This document shows, piece by piece, positions 9,030 to 19,486 of a stretch of 64,000 nt of DNA. The stretch lies in contig CBDBZU010000004.1 of the NCBI GenBank assembly GCA_965213625.1, positions 2,176,001 through 2,240,000 of the forward strand, written 5' to 3'. A program made the translations under genes and the position numbers. The first letter of the stretch is position 1. Every line of letters begins with the position of its first letter. The notes under the pieces were generated by a model, which was not told where the DNA came from, searched no databases, and saw only the letters and a program-made list of their open reading frames with translations. The stretch is from a bacterium. Its GTDB lineage: Bacteria; UBA8248.

Positions 9030-10435
9030 GGGTGTCTCCAACTGCGCGGCGAGGCTTGTTTTACGATTGGTGGGAATCGCGTTGCGAGCGTTACCTGTGT
9101 GAGAATTTCGGTGATGTAGGCGAACAAATCAGACAGCATTTCACCCAAACGCTTTTTCCTCCCCATGCGGAACCCATCTTGCCCGAGCAGGTTCTACCGA
9201 TTTCTTTTATTCATTTGAAGTTGTTGGCCGGTGAAGAATTGGGATACGTGCTTCAGCGCATGGAGAAGTTGACTGCGCTTTTTGGTGCTCAGGGTGTAAA
9301 GCCGGCGATCGGCAACCTGTATCTGATGTTGACATCCCTTACGTCGAGACGCGGGAAATTATCCTCCTTGGTGAAGGCGCAATCGGCGTTTTTTAGTTTA
9401 TTGCTCCGGCGATTGGCGGGCATGTTCGACGATGGTGTGGGTGAAGATGCCATGCGGAAAGAACTTTCCGGTGTTTGGGAGATTCATACGGAGCAGGCCG
9501 CGAATGCTACATTGGAAGGCGCCCGCGGTCTTTGGCGACGCGCCAGTGATCCGAATGTCGGTTTGCTTCCTCTGCCGATGGATTTGGAGTCATGGCTTGA
9601 TGATAATGGTTTAACCGAAAAGGTCGCCGAAGCCCGGAAAATTTATGGAAATATGGGGGAAAGTCATCATTTATCCGAATTGGTGAGTCGGCTGGCGGCG
9701 ATCGAGGGATTGGGAAATTCGATTGAAGCTGAAATGTGTATCGAGAGGATGTCGGCTTGGGAGAATATGCAGGCTGAATTGATGAGAAGCCTCAATAGCG
9801 CCATGGCAGGCGTTACTCCCTGGGAGTCGGAAATATTGCGTCCCGCGCCGCCATTGTTGGGTTCTTTGCTTGCTTGGTCGAAGAAACTCCAATTGATGGA
9901 TGAGGGAGAAACGCCCACGGCTTACCCCGGCCGGGAGAGATTGCCTGATTGGTTGAAAGATTTCTTAAGCAATAATGATGAAGAAGGCGGAATTCTTTCA
10001 TCAGCCAGATTCATCGTAGGTGGTGAAACTTATATCGTGGTAGGCGTTGATGCTTCTGCCTCCACTGAGTTGCTTTCTGTCATTTTCGATTCCCCGGAAT
10101 TGGCCGATTCGACTAAGCTGAGTTTAAATTTTCGATTCGGAAATGGATTGGAAAAGTCAATTCCATTCAAGCTAGATGATGGGAAAGACCTTTTGGCAGC
10201 ATTGTATTTTGCGAGGCAGGAAGATGTTCGACTGGACTTCATCGTCCGAGGAACGGACAAGAACTGGCGTTTTGGAGCATCCTCATATTTGGTAATTTCA
10301 CAAGAGCACCGTGCAAGTTGGGTTCAAGGCCTGCTATCTTTTTTGGAAGAAAAATTTAGAAGTGATGAAAACAGGATTCGGATGGAAATATTAAAAGGCA
10401 TAAACAAGAAAATAAGAAATGATGGCAGAACTTAA
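9026..10435 (+). CDS. Hypothetical protein (469 aa)
   Basis: Long ORF overlapping the upstream stop (GTGA); no motif recognised. Confidence 0.7.
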   Translation: MRVSPTARRGLFYDWWESRCERYLCENFGDVGEQIRQHFTQTLFPPHAEPILPEQVLPISFIHLKLLAGEELGYVLQRMEKLTALFGAQGVKPAIGNLYLMLTSLTSRRGKLSSLVKAQSAFFSLLLRRLAGMFDDGVGEDAMRKELSGVWEIHTEQAANATLEGARGLWRRASDPNVGLLPLPMDLESWLDDNGLTEKVAEARKIYGNMGESHHLSELVSRLAAIEGLGNSIEAEMCIERMSAWENMQAELMRSLNSAMAGVTPWESEILRPAPPLLGSLLAWSKKLQLMDEGETPTAYPGRERLPDWLKDFLSNNDEEGGILSSARFIVGGETYIVVGVDASASTELLSVIFDSPELADSTKLSLNFRFGNGLEKSIPFKLDDGKDLLAALYFARQEDVRLDFIVRGTDKNWRFGASSYLVISQEHRASWVQGLLSFLEEKFRSDENRIRMEILKGINKKIRNDGRT

Positions 10436-10475
10436 GAACGCGGGTCTCTAAAATATTCTGATGAAAATTGATCTT

Positions 10476-11753
10476 TTATGCTCGCACCCTCCAGACGAGC
10501 AGTACCGCGATGAGTCGACTGGCCGCCATGGCCGTGAACACCCAGAACCACCCATTTGAAATTGCCAGAGACAGCCATCCAAAGAATATGGCTTGGAGCG
10601 CGCCGTAAATATAACCGTGAGCATCCAATACGCCCGCCGCTGTTCCCGCCAGCCGTCTACCGGCCAAGTCTACCCCCAGCGCCTGCACCGTGGACATATT
10701 GACGCAAAACCCACCGACGATGAGCAAAATGACGGCGAGGGGAATGTTGTCGGCAGGCGCATAGGCGATTCCCATCATAGCGGCGGCGCTTAGAAAAGCG
10801 GCGAGCATGATGACGATGGAACGATTACTCTTGAAGAATCGATCTGAAATGATTCCACCGAAGATAGGTCCGAACAGATATCCCAGAGGGTAGGCGAAGG
10901 TTAGCAAGCCCATCTCCTTGAGATTAAACCCACCAGCCTGAGCGTAGTACAAAGGCGCCCACGAGACGACGCCATAACGAACCACGTTGTCCAGTCCTTT
11001 GACATGGCATGCCAAAAAGAAGCGCAGATTGGTCATCAAGTGAAAATACGCCTTAAGCCCATGTTCACTCTCGCTTCCTGACGCTTCTGCTTCGCGGGAT
11101 ACGTCATCTGACTCTATATACTCAGGGAGGTTTAGTTCAGAGGGTTTATCTTTGGCGATAAAATAAAAAATGATTCCCAAAAGGGCGATGATCAAAGGAG
11201 GGTAGCGAATAGCGACTCGCCAGCCATATTGCGCCGCCGTCCAGGGTACGACCGCCCAAACGATGAGAAGCGCGATACCGGCGGCTGTTCCCACGAGCCC
11301 GATCGCTTGCCCACGTTCCCGTCTGGGCCACCATTGCGCCACGAGGCCAAGTCCTGGCCCCCAGGTGGCCGCGTTCACAAAACCGACAACCGCCCAGGGT
11401 ATGGCGAGGGTAGTGATGGAGTTTCCAAAACTCGCGATGAAATTGAACAACGACGTGGTTATGGCGGCGAAGAGAATGGTGTTTTTATAGCCTACTTTTT
11501 CTGCAATTCGCCCAAAAACCAGGTCCCCGAAAGCGAAGCCCCAAAACATCCATGAATTGATCCATCCGGTATCGACTCGCGTGATTCCTAAATCCTGGAT
11601 GACCGCGTATTGCACAAGACTGAAGTTGAATCTGCCCAGATAGTTGAAGGCATAGAAAACACAAAAAGCGATAAGAATCCGCCATTTCCACTGGTGAAAC
11701 TCGGGAGGCAGGTCATGATATTCGACCTGGATTGTACTTCTACGTTCATTCAT
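10476..11753 (-). CDS. MFS transporter (GlpT/OPA-like)
   Basis: About 12 TM; YLGRFNFS, GRIAEKVG, WWPRRERG, GIISDRF motifs. Confidence 0.9.
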   Translation of the reverse strand: MNERRSTIQVEYHDLPPEFHQWKWRILIAFCVFYAFNYLGRFNFSLVQYAVIQDLGITRVDTGWINSWMFWGFAFGDLVFGRIAEKVGYKNTILFAAITTSLFNFIASFGNSITTLAIPWAVVGFVNAATWGPGLGLVAQWWPRRERGQAIGLVGTAAGIALLIVWAVVPWTAAQYGWRVAIRYPPLIIALLGIIFYFIAKDKPSELNLPEYIESDDVSREAEASGSESEHGLKAYFHLMTNLRFFLACHVKGLDNVVRYGVVSWAPLYYAQAGGFNLKEMGLLTFAYPLGYLFGPIFGGIISDRFFKSNRSIVIMLAAFLSAAAMMGIAYAPADNIPLAVILLIVGGFCVNMSTVQALGVDLAGRRLAGTAAGVLDAHGYIYGALQAIFFGWLSLAISNGWFWVFTAMAASRLIAVLLVWRVRA

Positions 11754-11894
11754 GTTTGTAGAGGGGCTTTTACAGAGCTGAAACGCCGTCGGAAATGAGA
11801 ATTCATTTTCAGCATCAATATATATCTAGGAATTTTCAAGAGGATTTACTCAACTCTCATAACGAAATGCGACATTAAGGAGTTCCGTATTTAT

Positions 11895-13160
11895 TCATCT
11901 TTCAAATTCTAACAGATGATAGTTCTTTTTTCCTTTCCGAAGCAGGATGTATTGACCGAACAATATATCATCAACAGACAATACACTTTCCTCATCCGTG
12001 ATGCGGTGATTGTTCACATAAATACCGCCACCTTTTAATTCTTTTCGCGCCATAGTTTTCGACTTGGAAAGGCCGGTTTCCAATAGGATATCTACAAGCG
12101 GAAACGGCAGTGTCCTTGAACGTAGAGTTTTTGGCATCTCTTCTGCCGCTGAAAGTAAATCGTTTTTCTCGATACCATCGAGTTGAGCACCAAATAGTAT
12201 CTTGGCGGCGCGCTCTGCGCTTCGCGCTGCTGCTGCGCCATGAACAAGCGTCGTCAATTCTTTGGAGAGGTGGTGTTGACCTGCCCTTTTTTCCGGGGAT
12301 TTGAGGTGCTCTTTCTCAATTTCATCAATTTCATCAATTGGTAAAAAGGTAAAGTATCTTAAAAATCTCCCGACATCCCTGTCATCCGTCTGAATCCAGT
12401 ATTGCGAGAAACGGTATGGACTGGTTCGCTTGGGGTCCAGCCAGATATTTCCTTCTTCTGTTTTCCCGAACTTCCTGCCGTCGGAAGTCGTGATGAGCGG
12501 GAAGGTCATTCCCTGAGCGGGTTTTCCATGAACGCGTCGAATAAGATCTATACCGGCCGTGATATTGCCCCATTGGTCAGAACCACCAATTTGCAAAGTG
12601 CAATTCTCTTTTTCAAAAAGGTGGAGAAAATCATACGCCTGAAGCGCCATGTAGCTGAACTCGGTGTATGATATTCCTGCATCAGCGATGCGTGACTTTA
12701 CAGATTCTTTCGCCATCATGTAGCCGATGGAAAAATGTTTGCCTACGTCGCGGAAAAAATCGATGAGGCGGACCTCATTCAGCCATTCACCGTTGTTTAT
12801 CATACGCGCAGAGTTTGAGCCCGCATCAAATTCCAGGAACCTTTCGAATTGAGCCCTGATTCCATTGAGATTGTGTTCCAAAATCTCCGCGCTCAGGAGG
12901 TTTCTTTCTTCTGATTTTCCAGAAGGATCACCGATCATCCCGGTTCCGCCGCCGATGAGGGCAATCGGCCGGTGTCCTGCGCGCTGAAATCGCATAAGTC
13001 CCGTAATGGGAACCAAATTTCCGATATGCAAGCTGTCTGCCGTAGGGTCGAAGCCACAATAGAGGCTCATACCGCCTTTTCTTAATGTGCTCTGTATTTC
13101 CGTCTGGTCTGTGTGATTATGGACCAAACCGCGGAGTTTCAGTTCATCAAACAAATTCAT
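11895..13160 (-). CDS. tyrS: Tyrosine--tRNA ligase
   Basis: YCGFDPTADSLHIGN, QIGGSDQWGNI, KFGKT, C-terminal S4 domain RKGKKNY. Confidence 0.98.
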   Translation of the reverse strand: MNLFDELKLRGLVHNHTDQTEIQSTLRKGGMSLYCGFDPTADSLHIGNLVPITGLMRFQRAGHRPIALIGGGTGMIGDPSGKSEERNLLSAEILEHNLNGIRAQFERFLEFDAGSNSARMINNGEWLNEVRLIDFFRDVGKHFSIGYMMAKESVKSRIADAGISYTEFSYMALQAYDFLHLFEKENCTLQIGGSDQWGNITAGIDLIRRVHGKPAQGMTFPLITTSDGRKFGKTEEGNIWLDPKRTSPYRFSQYWIQTDDRDVGRFLRYFTFLPIDEIDEIEKEHLKSPEKRAGQHHLSKELTTLVHGAAAARSAERAAKILFGAQLDGIEKNDLLSAAEEMPKTLRSRTLPFPLVDILLETGLSKSKTMARKELKGGGIYVNNHRITDEESVLSVDDILFGQYILLRKGKKNYHLLEFER

Positions 13161-13316
13161 GGAAACTCCCCACGATGTTCTTGTCGTATTTGAAACAGTG
13201 CAAAGTTCATTCCCCCATCAAGCATGCTATCTTCCAGCCGATATTGTATCTTAATCGATATATATCAGGAGAGGGGGCAGGCTGAAAGTTCTAAGCTGGT
13301 AATCGGGATACTTAAG

Positions 13317-14063
13317 ATGACGCTTCGTTTTGATTTTCATGGAAAAAGAGTGCTCCTGACCGGTGCCACGGGAGATGTGGGCAAAGCACTTGTTCGTGGG
13401 TTTCTGGATTCAGGCGCAAAGCTTGTCGCCACTGGTCGAAGTTCAGAAAAACTGCGTCTCATCGGAGGTCCCGAGGAGATGCTGAAAAAAATTCCCTGTA
13501 ATTTGGAAAATTCTGATGAAGTAAAAGCCATGAGTAAAGAGGCGATTACATGGCTTGGTGGATGTGACATCTTCGTTCACACGGCGGCGAACATGTTGGT
13601 GAAAGATCCACTTTCACTTGATGAATCAGATTGGAAACGCGCCCTTCGCGTGAACCTCTTGGCGCCTTATTTTTGTATTCAAGGTGCGATGCCCGCACTG
13701 AGGGATTCTCCGGCGGGGCGAATCATCCTATTTGGTTCCGGAGCCGGGAAATCGGGAGGACTGGGCCAAAATCTCACATATGGCGCTTCAAAAGGTGGTA
13801 TTTTAGCCATGACGTTTAACCTTGCTCGTGAACTGGCGAAAACCAAAATTACCGTGAACTGTTTGGTACCCGGGCCGATAGATGGACCGTTGATGCGAGA
13901 ATTTGGACCAGATTTATACAACAAAGCGCTGGCGAAGCACCCGATGGGTAAGTTCGCGAAGGCTGCGGAATTGGTACCGCCCACTTTGTTTCTTGCAAGT
14001 GAAGAAGCTGCGCATATCACCGGAGAAGCTCTGGATGTAAACGGGGGGTATTTTACAGATTAG
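13317..14063 (+). CDS. SDR family oxidoreductase (FabG-like)
   Basis: TGATGDVG, YGASKGG, ITGEALDVNGG. Confidence 0.88.
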   Translation: MTLRFDFHGKRVLLTGATGDVGKALVRGFLDSGAKLVATGRSSEKLRLIGGPEEMLKKIPCNLENSDEVKAMSKEAITWLGGCDIFVHTAANMLVKDPLSLDESDWKRALRVNLLAPYFCIQGAMPALRDSPAGRIILFGSGAGKSGGLGQNLTYGASKGGILAMTFNLARELAKTKITVNCLVPGPIDGPLMREFGPDLYNKALAKHPMGKFAKAAELVPPTLFLASEEAAHITGEALDVNGGYFTD

Positions 14064-14169
14064 AAGTATGTCCCGGATGCAAGGGCGAGATGTTATGACT
14101 TTCGAAGCAGGAATTTGGAAATAGGAGTCAATTTTGCACGATAAAACCTCAGACAAGGAAGAATCGGAC

Positions 14170-15102
14170 GTGAGAGTAGTTAAAATCGAAGGGGTGTCCT
14201 TGCATCTAAGCGGATACACCGATTCCGATCAAGAGTGGATTGGTCAGTCAGAGGTGCTGCGCCAGCTTCTGGCTTGCTGGATGATCGTAGCGGAGGAGGA
14301 TTTTTCTCTCTCTCCGAGAATTATTGGTTTCCCGGGGATCGGGAAGACGACGCTGGCGATGGCGGCGGCGCGGGAACGAGGCCAGGAACTTTTTATTTTT
14401 CAGTGCGCCTCTGATACCCGCCCGGAGGACCTCTTGGTCACGCCCGTATTGGCGGAATCAGGCAAAATCGCCTATCACGCATCACCTCTTGTTACTGCGA
14501 TGATAAGGGGCGGGGTTTGTGTGCTCGACGAAGGTAACCGGATGAGCGAAAAGAGTTGGGCCTCGCTGGCTCCGTTGCTTGATCATCGCCGTTATGTGGA
14601 GTCTATCGTTGCAGGAATTACGGTAAAGGCGCACCCGAATTTTCGCTGTTGTGTGACTATGAATGAAGATGCCTCGACATACGAGGTGCCCGATTACATA
14701 TTGTCGAGACTCCAGCCAACCCTGGCGCTTGAATTCCCGAATAAGAAAGATGAATTAGCTATACTGAGATATCACTTACCGTTTGCTCCTAAAGAGATGT
14801 TGGCTTTGACGGTGGAGTTTTTGCAGGAAGCCCATGAACTGGATCTAGAATATTCTCCCAGGGATGGAATCCACATCCTTCAATTCGCACTCAAACGTCT
14901 CGCGCAGGACCCGGAGCACCCACTCTCTCAAGACGAAGCGTGGAGAGAGGCGCTCACCAAGGTGTTGGGAGATGATGCATTAGACTTGAAAAGTCTTGCG
15001 CACAGAAGGCGGCAAGCTCTCGGAGATGAGCCTCCTCCACTTGATTTCGGCGATATTTTCTTTGGAGGCGATAGCCCCTTGCATCCTGATCGAGACGATT
15101 GA
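14170..15102 (+). CDS. MoxR/YehL-like AAA+ ATPase (AAA_5)
   Basis: Walker A GFPGIGKT, Walker B VLDEGNR, HPNFR..TMN, SRL arginine finger. Start GTG 14170 (alternative 14134). Confidence 0.88.
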   Translation: MRVVKIEGVSLHLSGYTDSDQEWIGQSEVLRQLLACWMIVAEEDFSLSPRIIGFPGIGKTTLAMAAARERGQELFIFQCASDTRPEDLLVTPVLAESGKIAYHASPLVTAMIRGGVCVLDEGNRMSEKSWASLAPLLDHRRYVESIVAGITVKAHPNFRCCVTMNEDASTYEVPDYILSRLQPTLALEFPNKKDELAILRYHLPFAPKEMLALTVEFLQEAHELDLEYSPRDGIHILQFALKRLAQDPEHPLSQDEAWREALTKVLGDDALDLKSLAHRRRQALGDEPPPLDFGDIFFGGDSPLHPDRDD

Positions 15103-15105
15103 TAC

Positions 15106-17079
15106 ATGGCCGCTCGAGATTTCCTGAACATCACCGATCGCATCAGCGTACTTCCTGTCATCCATGGGTCGGGAGACTTCGCCGTCGAAGTGCGCGACAG
15201 GATTTTGAAACATGAACCCGATTGCATTGCGATTCCTTTACCGCCGTCTTTTCAGGATGAAGTAGAAGCAGGTGTGGATGACCTCCCATATGTCTCTATG
15301 GTGTCGGTGAATGAAGATGCCGCACCATATACTAGAGATGATGAAGCGGGATTGGATGATTCATGGGAGCAGTACGCACAACCAGAAAATGATCTAGGTG
15401 CTGAAGATGAATTTTTGGCGGAGGAAACGGATTTATCTTCTTATAACTATGTGCCCATAGACCCTTGCCAACCCGTGATTTCAGCTTTGAGAGTCGCGAT
15501 GGGGGAGCGTATTCCCAGAGCATTTATCGATTTGGAAGTAGAGCGTTTTCAGCAGGATTTTCATGCGCTGCCGGATCCTTATGCGCTGAAAAAGGTGCCG
15601 ATAGAGGCCTTTGCCGCCTCTCTATTGACGGTGGCTCCTAAACCTTCTCCCTCGACACAGCGTTCTGCTAGAATCCGCTGGATGGCCGACGCCTTGCTGG
15701 AACTCGAGGTTAGATATAAGCGCATGGTTTTTATATGTTCTGCGATGGATTGGCCCTGGATTCGCTCCGCCTGTCGAGAAGGGCCATCTGCTGATAATAA
15801 ATTATTTGAGACCTATGTAGATGAATCTCCCAATCCACCTCAAAGGATTGGAGTATCGGAAGATACTCTGGCATTCCTCCTGGGAGAGTTTCCTTATCTG
15901 ACATATTTATACGAAAAAAAACGCGAAGATTTCGTGGCTGACTCCAATCTTTCTATCGACGGCGTCAAGGAGCTCCTCCTGGAGGCGAGAATTGCATGGT
16001 TCCAGGAACACCGACCCGTGCAAAACTGGGTAACGCCTCAGAGACTCCAGATATTCCTGCAATATGTCCGGAATTTGACTCTTCAGGGAAGGAGATTAAC
16101 GCCGGATTTGTTCACCCTCACACTTGCTGCCAAGCAGACTGCAGGTGATGCTTTCGCCCTCTCTTTGTTGGAGACAGCAAGGAAATATCCGTATCAGCGA
16201 GAAACTTCCTCATCAAATGAATATGACCTAGTTCATATCGGTGTGGGTCGTGCGGCATTCCCTGATGGAGTTGTCGGAACGATTAAGAGTCGGCTGGGCG
16301 GTTCAGTAGTCACCTGGAGGAGTATTTCCCTCAAGCCGAAGCCCACTTCTTTTGAAAGACAGAAATGGGCCCAGAGGTGGAATCCATTCGGCATGTGTTC
16401 TTGGCCGCCGGAAGATGAAGCGATAGAAAGTTTTCACACTCATGTACGCGAGCAGGCCAAAGCGCTACTGGGAGAGGATTTGGCGCGTACAGAGAAATTC
16501 ACAGCATCGATAAAAGATGGGATCGATATCAGAGAAACGCTTCGCAATTGGCATACGGGTGACCTCTACGTCAAAGAAATTCCCCCGGCGCGGGGGAACC
16601 TGGAGGTCGTCGTCTTTTTGTTCGACTCGCCTGCCGATACTGGGAAGTACGCTTGGCGTACGATGTGGTATGCAGAACATGATGAAGAATCAACACTTTG
16701 TATGTATGCGACGCCATTTGAGAACAATTTAGTGGGACCGGGTATAGCGGAATCTCAGTATGGGGGGGCATTTTTTGTATTTCCTCCTCGATACATCGAA
16801 GATGTCTGGCGAGATTCGCGCTTTCACTACACGCAGACACTAGAAGAAAGATTGATCGCAGGAGCATGTTTTCACTCGAAAGAGCGATACATCGCCCTGG
16901 TGAGTCCATCTCCGCCCAAAACTCGTTGGCGGCAAATTGCGCGGTTGTATAAAAAGCATTTGATTTACATACCGATTGGTCGATTTTCTGGAGAAACGAT
17001 TGCCCGCATCCGTCGTTTTCATGTTTTGAATGGAAAAGATATTAGAAGTTATGCCGCGCAGTTTATCCGAGAAATGTAA
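15106..17079 (+). CDS. Conserved hypothetical AAA partner protein (DUF5682/YehM-like N-terminus, degenerate vWA-like C-terminus)
   Basis: 657 aa, 3 nt after the ATPase stop; VLPVIHGS..VRDRILKHEPDCIAI and GIDIRETLRN..VVVFLFD segments. Confidence 0.65.
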   Translation: MAARDFLNITDRISVLPVIHGSGDFAVEVRDRILKHEPDCIAIPLPPSFQDEVEAGVDDLPYVSMVSVNEDAAPYTRDDEAGLDDSWEQYAQPENDLGAEDEFLAEETDLSSYNYVPIDPCQPVISALRVAMGERIPRAFIDLEVERFQQDFHALPDPYALKKVPIEAFAASLLTVAPKPSPSTQRSARIRWMADALLELEVRYKRMVFICSAMDWPWIRSACREGPSADNKLFETYVDESPNPPQRIGVSEDTLAFLLGEFPYLTYLYEKKREDFVADSNLSIDGVKELLLEARIAWFQEHRPVQNWVTPQRLQIFLQYVRNLTLQGRRLTPDLFTLTLAAKQTAGDAFALSLLETARKYPYQRETSSSNEYDLVHIGVGRAAFPDGVVGTIKSRLGGSVVTWRSISLKPKPTSFERQKWAQRWNPFGMCSWPPEDEAIESFHTHVREQAKALLGEDLARTEKFTASIKDGIDIRETLRNWHTGDLYVKEIPPARGNLEVVVFLFDSPADTGKYAWRTMWYAEHDEESTLCMYATPFENNLVGPGIAESQYGGAFFVFPPRYIEDVWRDSRFHYTQTLEERLIAGACFHSKERYIALVSPSPPKTRWRQIARLYKKHLIYIPIGRFSGETIARIRRFHVLNGKDIRSYAAQFIREM

Positions 17080-17215
17080 TTTTTTGCGGTTTTCTTGATA
17101 TTTCCCAGTTTCGTATCGCACGAAGAGGAAGTGGGGAGCCAAGCTGTTCTAATTTTGTTACACTCAATGGGTCGTGCCAATAGGAATAGTCTACTCCCCT
17201 GAAGGAGTTATTAAG

Positions 17216-17551
17216 ATGAATATAAAGGAACTCGTTGTCAGATTTCCCGAAATACCAGCTGATCTTCATAATGAGGAAATTCTGTCCCGATTTGCAGTTG
17301 TATTTGAGGGGCCACTTTCCATCGCCCAAAAACCCTCTGCGTGCTCTACAGAGCATGACGCTGGAAACCATTACTATATGAAGCTCATTAACCCGATGGG
17401 CATATACCGTCTAGGGCTGATGAAACGCGAGATGCTGCTCTCACAAATCGCTGAACTTATCGAAAAACAAGTAGCGGACCCGAATTTTGCCGAAACGCTC
17501 TTACCATCTGGTGTTGCGGCGAGTGAGATCAGGGGTCCTGGCTGCGGATAG
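17216..17551 (+). CDS. Hypothetical protein (111 aa, C-terminal GPGCG)
   Basis: GAAGGAG RBS; followed by a terminator hairpin. Confidence 0.7.
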   Translation: MNIKELVVRFPEIPADLHNEEILSRFAVVFEGPLSIAQKPSACSTEHDAGNHYYMKLINPMGIYRLGLMKREMLLSQIAELIEKQVADPNFAETLLPSGVAASEIRGPGCG

Positions 17552-17565
17552 GCATTGCGCATGCA

Positions 17566-17604
17566 AAAATCCCCTCGCTCATTCGTGGGTGAGGGGATTT
17601 CTTT
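17566..17604 (+). terminator. Intrinsic terminator
   Basis: AAATCCCCTCGCTCA-TTCG-TGGGTGAGGGGATTT followed by CTTT. Confidence 0.75.
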
Positions 17605-17643
17605 GTGGGGTCAATTGGTCATTTCATAACGCGGGTTTGATAT

Positions 17644-18570
17644 ATGCATTTTATCTCCAAAATCAATCTTGTGGGCGCATTCGCCAAGGAGTGCTTTGAC
17701 GCACCGGATGAAGCAAAGGTCATCGGTGTGTTTCGCAGAAGTTTCTATATAGAAAATTCGTCTGGACGGCACGCATGTATCGGGGAACGGGGAATCGGGC
17801 CGGGACCCTTGAATGTGCTTTGTGAATTCTCGGACGACATAGATTTCACGCAAATCTTGAAACCGGGAAGCCCCACCGAAATCAGAGATACTTGGATGCA
17901 ACTCGGCCCCCGGATGAAAATCGATATATCCCATATGATGGTATGGAAGCCTGAGCCACTCCCGATTGGCTGGGATTTGGCGTTTTTTCTTGAAAATCTT
18001 CCGTTCCTCGTTCAATGGATAGCCGAAACGGGTCCTCGGGAGGGTTTGGCCCCGCTCATTGCGCACATAGTGGATGGTAAAGGAATCTCAAATGAGGACG
18101 CATTTCAAACGGTCTCCTGGAAGGGAATCTCGGATTTCCGGCATTGGCTGTCGCACTCGCAAAATCAAGGGGAAAATCTGGAATTTCCTGCCGATGCTCA
18201 TCAACTGGTTGGCCTTGGTCCGGGACTCACGCCATCTGGAGATGATTTCTGGTGTGGTGTGATGGTAGCGTTGCGAGCGCTGGGACAGCATGAAATTTCA
18301 GATAGAATTGCGAACACCATATTGAATCAGGCCAAAGATCGGACGAATAAAATCAGTTGCGCGCATCTGGAGTGCGCGGCAAAAGGCCTGGGAGCGCAGG
18401 CCCTGCATGAAACGATTTCGGCGATGGGGGTGGCGGATGAGGCGCGTCTGAGTTCCGCTCTGCACACACTGGACAAGATTGGACATACCTCGGGCTGGGA
18501 TTCTCTGGCCGGTGTTGTATGTGTTTTGAAAGCTGTGGCGAAATCGAAGAATCATCCGGTGTCCGTATGA
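17644..18570 (+). CDS. DUF2877 (YahE/AllH-like) protein
   Basis: LVGLGPGLTPSGDDF and IGHTSGWD signature motifs. Confidence 0.88.
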   Translation: MHFISKINLVGAFAKECFDAPDEAKVIGVFRRSFYIENSSGRHACIGERGIGPGPLNVLCEFSDDIDFTQILKPGSPTEIRDTWMQLGPRMKIDISHMMVWKPEPLPIGWDLAFFLENLPFLVQWIAETGPREGLAPLIAHIVDGKGISNEDAFQTVSWKGISDFRHWLSHSQNQGENLEFPADAHQLVGLGPGLTPSGDDFWCGVMVALRALGQHEISDRIANTILNQAKDRTNKISCAHLECAAKGLGAQALHETISAMGVADEARLSSALHTLDKIGHTSGWDSLAGVVCVLKAVAKSKNHPVSV

Positions 18571-18589
18571 ACTTCCTGGAGTGTCATTC

Positions 18590-19486
18590 ATGAGCAAAGT
18601 AGCGATTTTGGGGGTCGGCGCCATTGGCGGTGTGTTCGGGGTCCGGTTGTGCCAAGCGGGCAGGCACCACGTTACGCTGTGCGTACGAAAGCCCATCGAC
18701 AAACTCGTTGTGGAAACTCCAGATTCCGTCGTCGAATCGCCGGTGAAGTGCGTCACCTCTCCTGCGGAGGCAGAGCCTGTCGACTGTGTTCTCTTGGCGG
18801 TGAAAGGGCATCAGATACAAGATGTTACACATTGGTTGGAAGTTCTTGTGGGTGAAGATACCGTCATCGCCGTTTTACAGAACGGCGTGGAGCACAGAGA
18901 GCGAGTAGAGCCGTATGCCCGAGGGGCGGAGGTAGTTCCGGTTGTGGTGAATTGTCCGGCGGACCGGCTGGCTCCGGGCCATGTGGCGCAGCAGGGAGGC
19001 GCCCAGCTCGTTCCCGAAGCGGGTCGGGGCGCGCAATTTCTCGCGGCGCTGTATGAGGGCACGGACGTTCCCGTGAAGCCGACTTCCGACTTCACGACGG
19101 CCTCCTGGGCGAAATTGTGCAACAACATCGGCGCAGGCCCCGCCACTGCGCTGACGAACAAGGGCAGGGGCGTGCTGCGCGAGCCCGGCGTCGCTGAACT
19201 CTGCCGCGGGCTCGTGCGTGAATGCGCCGCCGTAGGGAGAGCCGAGGGCGCGAACCTGGCCGAAGACGTCGCCGAGCGGACCATCGAGCGCTTACGTGAT
19301 GCCGACCCAGAAGCCACCACCTCCATGCTGGTCGACAGGCGCGCCGGGCGTCCAATCGAGGCGGACGTCATGACGGGGGCGGTCGTTCGCATCGGCGCGA
19401 GGCATGGCATACCCACCCCGCTGAACGCCGCGGCGCATGCGCTGCTGAGTTCCGTCAATGCGCCGATTGTGGATATTACTACTTAA
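18590..19486 (+). CDS. panE: 2-dehydropantoate 2-reductase family protein
   Basis: GVGAIG, LAVK, LQNGV, WAKL..N, SMLVD..GRPIEAD, GIPTPLN. Confidence 0.88.
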   Translation: MSKVAILGVGAIGGVFGVRLCQAGRHHVTLCVRKPIDKLVVETPDSVVESPVKCVTSPAEAEPVDCVLLAVKGHQIQDVTHWLEVLVGEDTVIAVLQNGVEHRERVEPYARGAEVVPVVVNCPADRLAPGHVAQQGGAQLVPEAGRGAQFLAALYEGTDVPVKPTSDFTTASWAKLCNNIGAGPATALTNKGRGVLREPGVAELCRGLVRECAAVGRAEGANLAEDVAERTIERLRDADPEATTSMLVDRRAGRPIEADVMTGAVVRIGARHGIPTPLNAAAHALLSSVNAPIVDITT

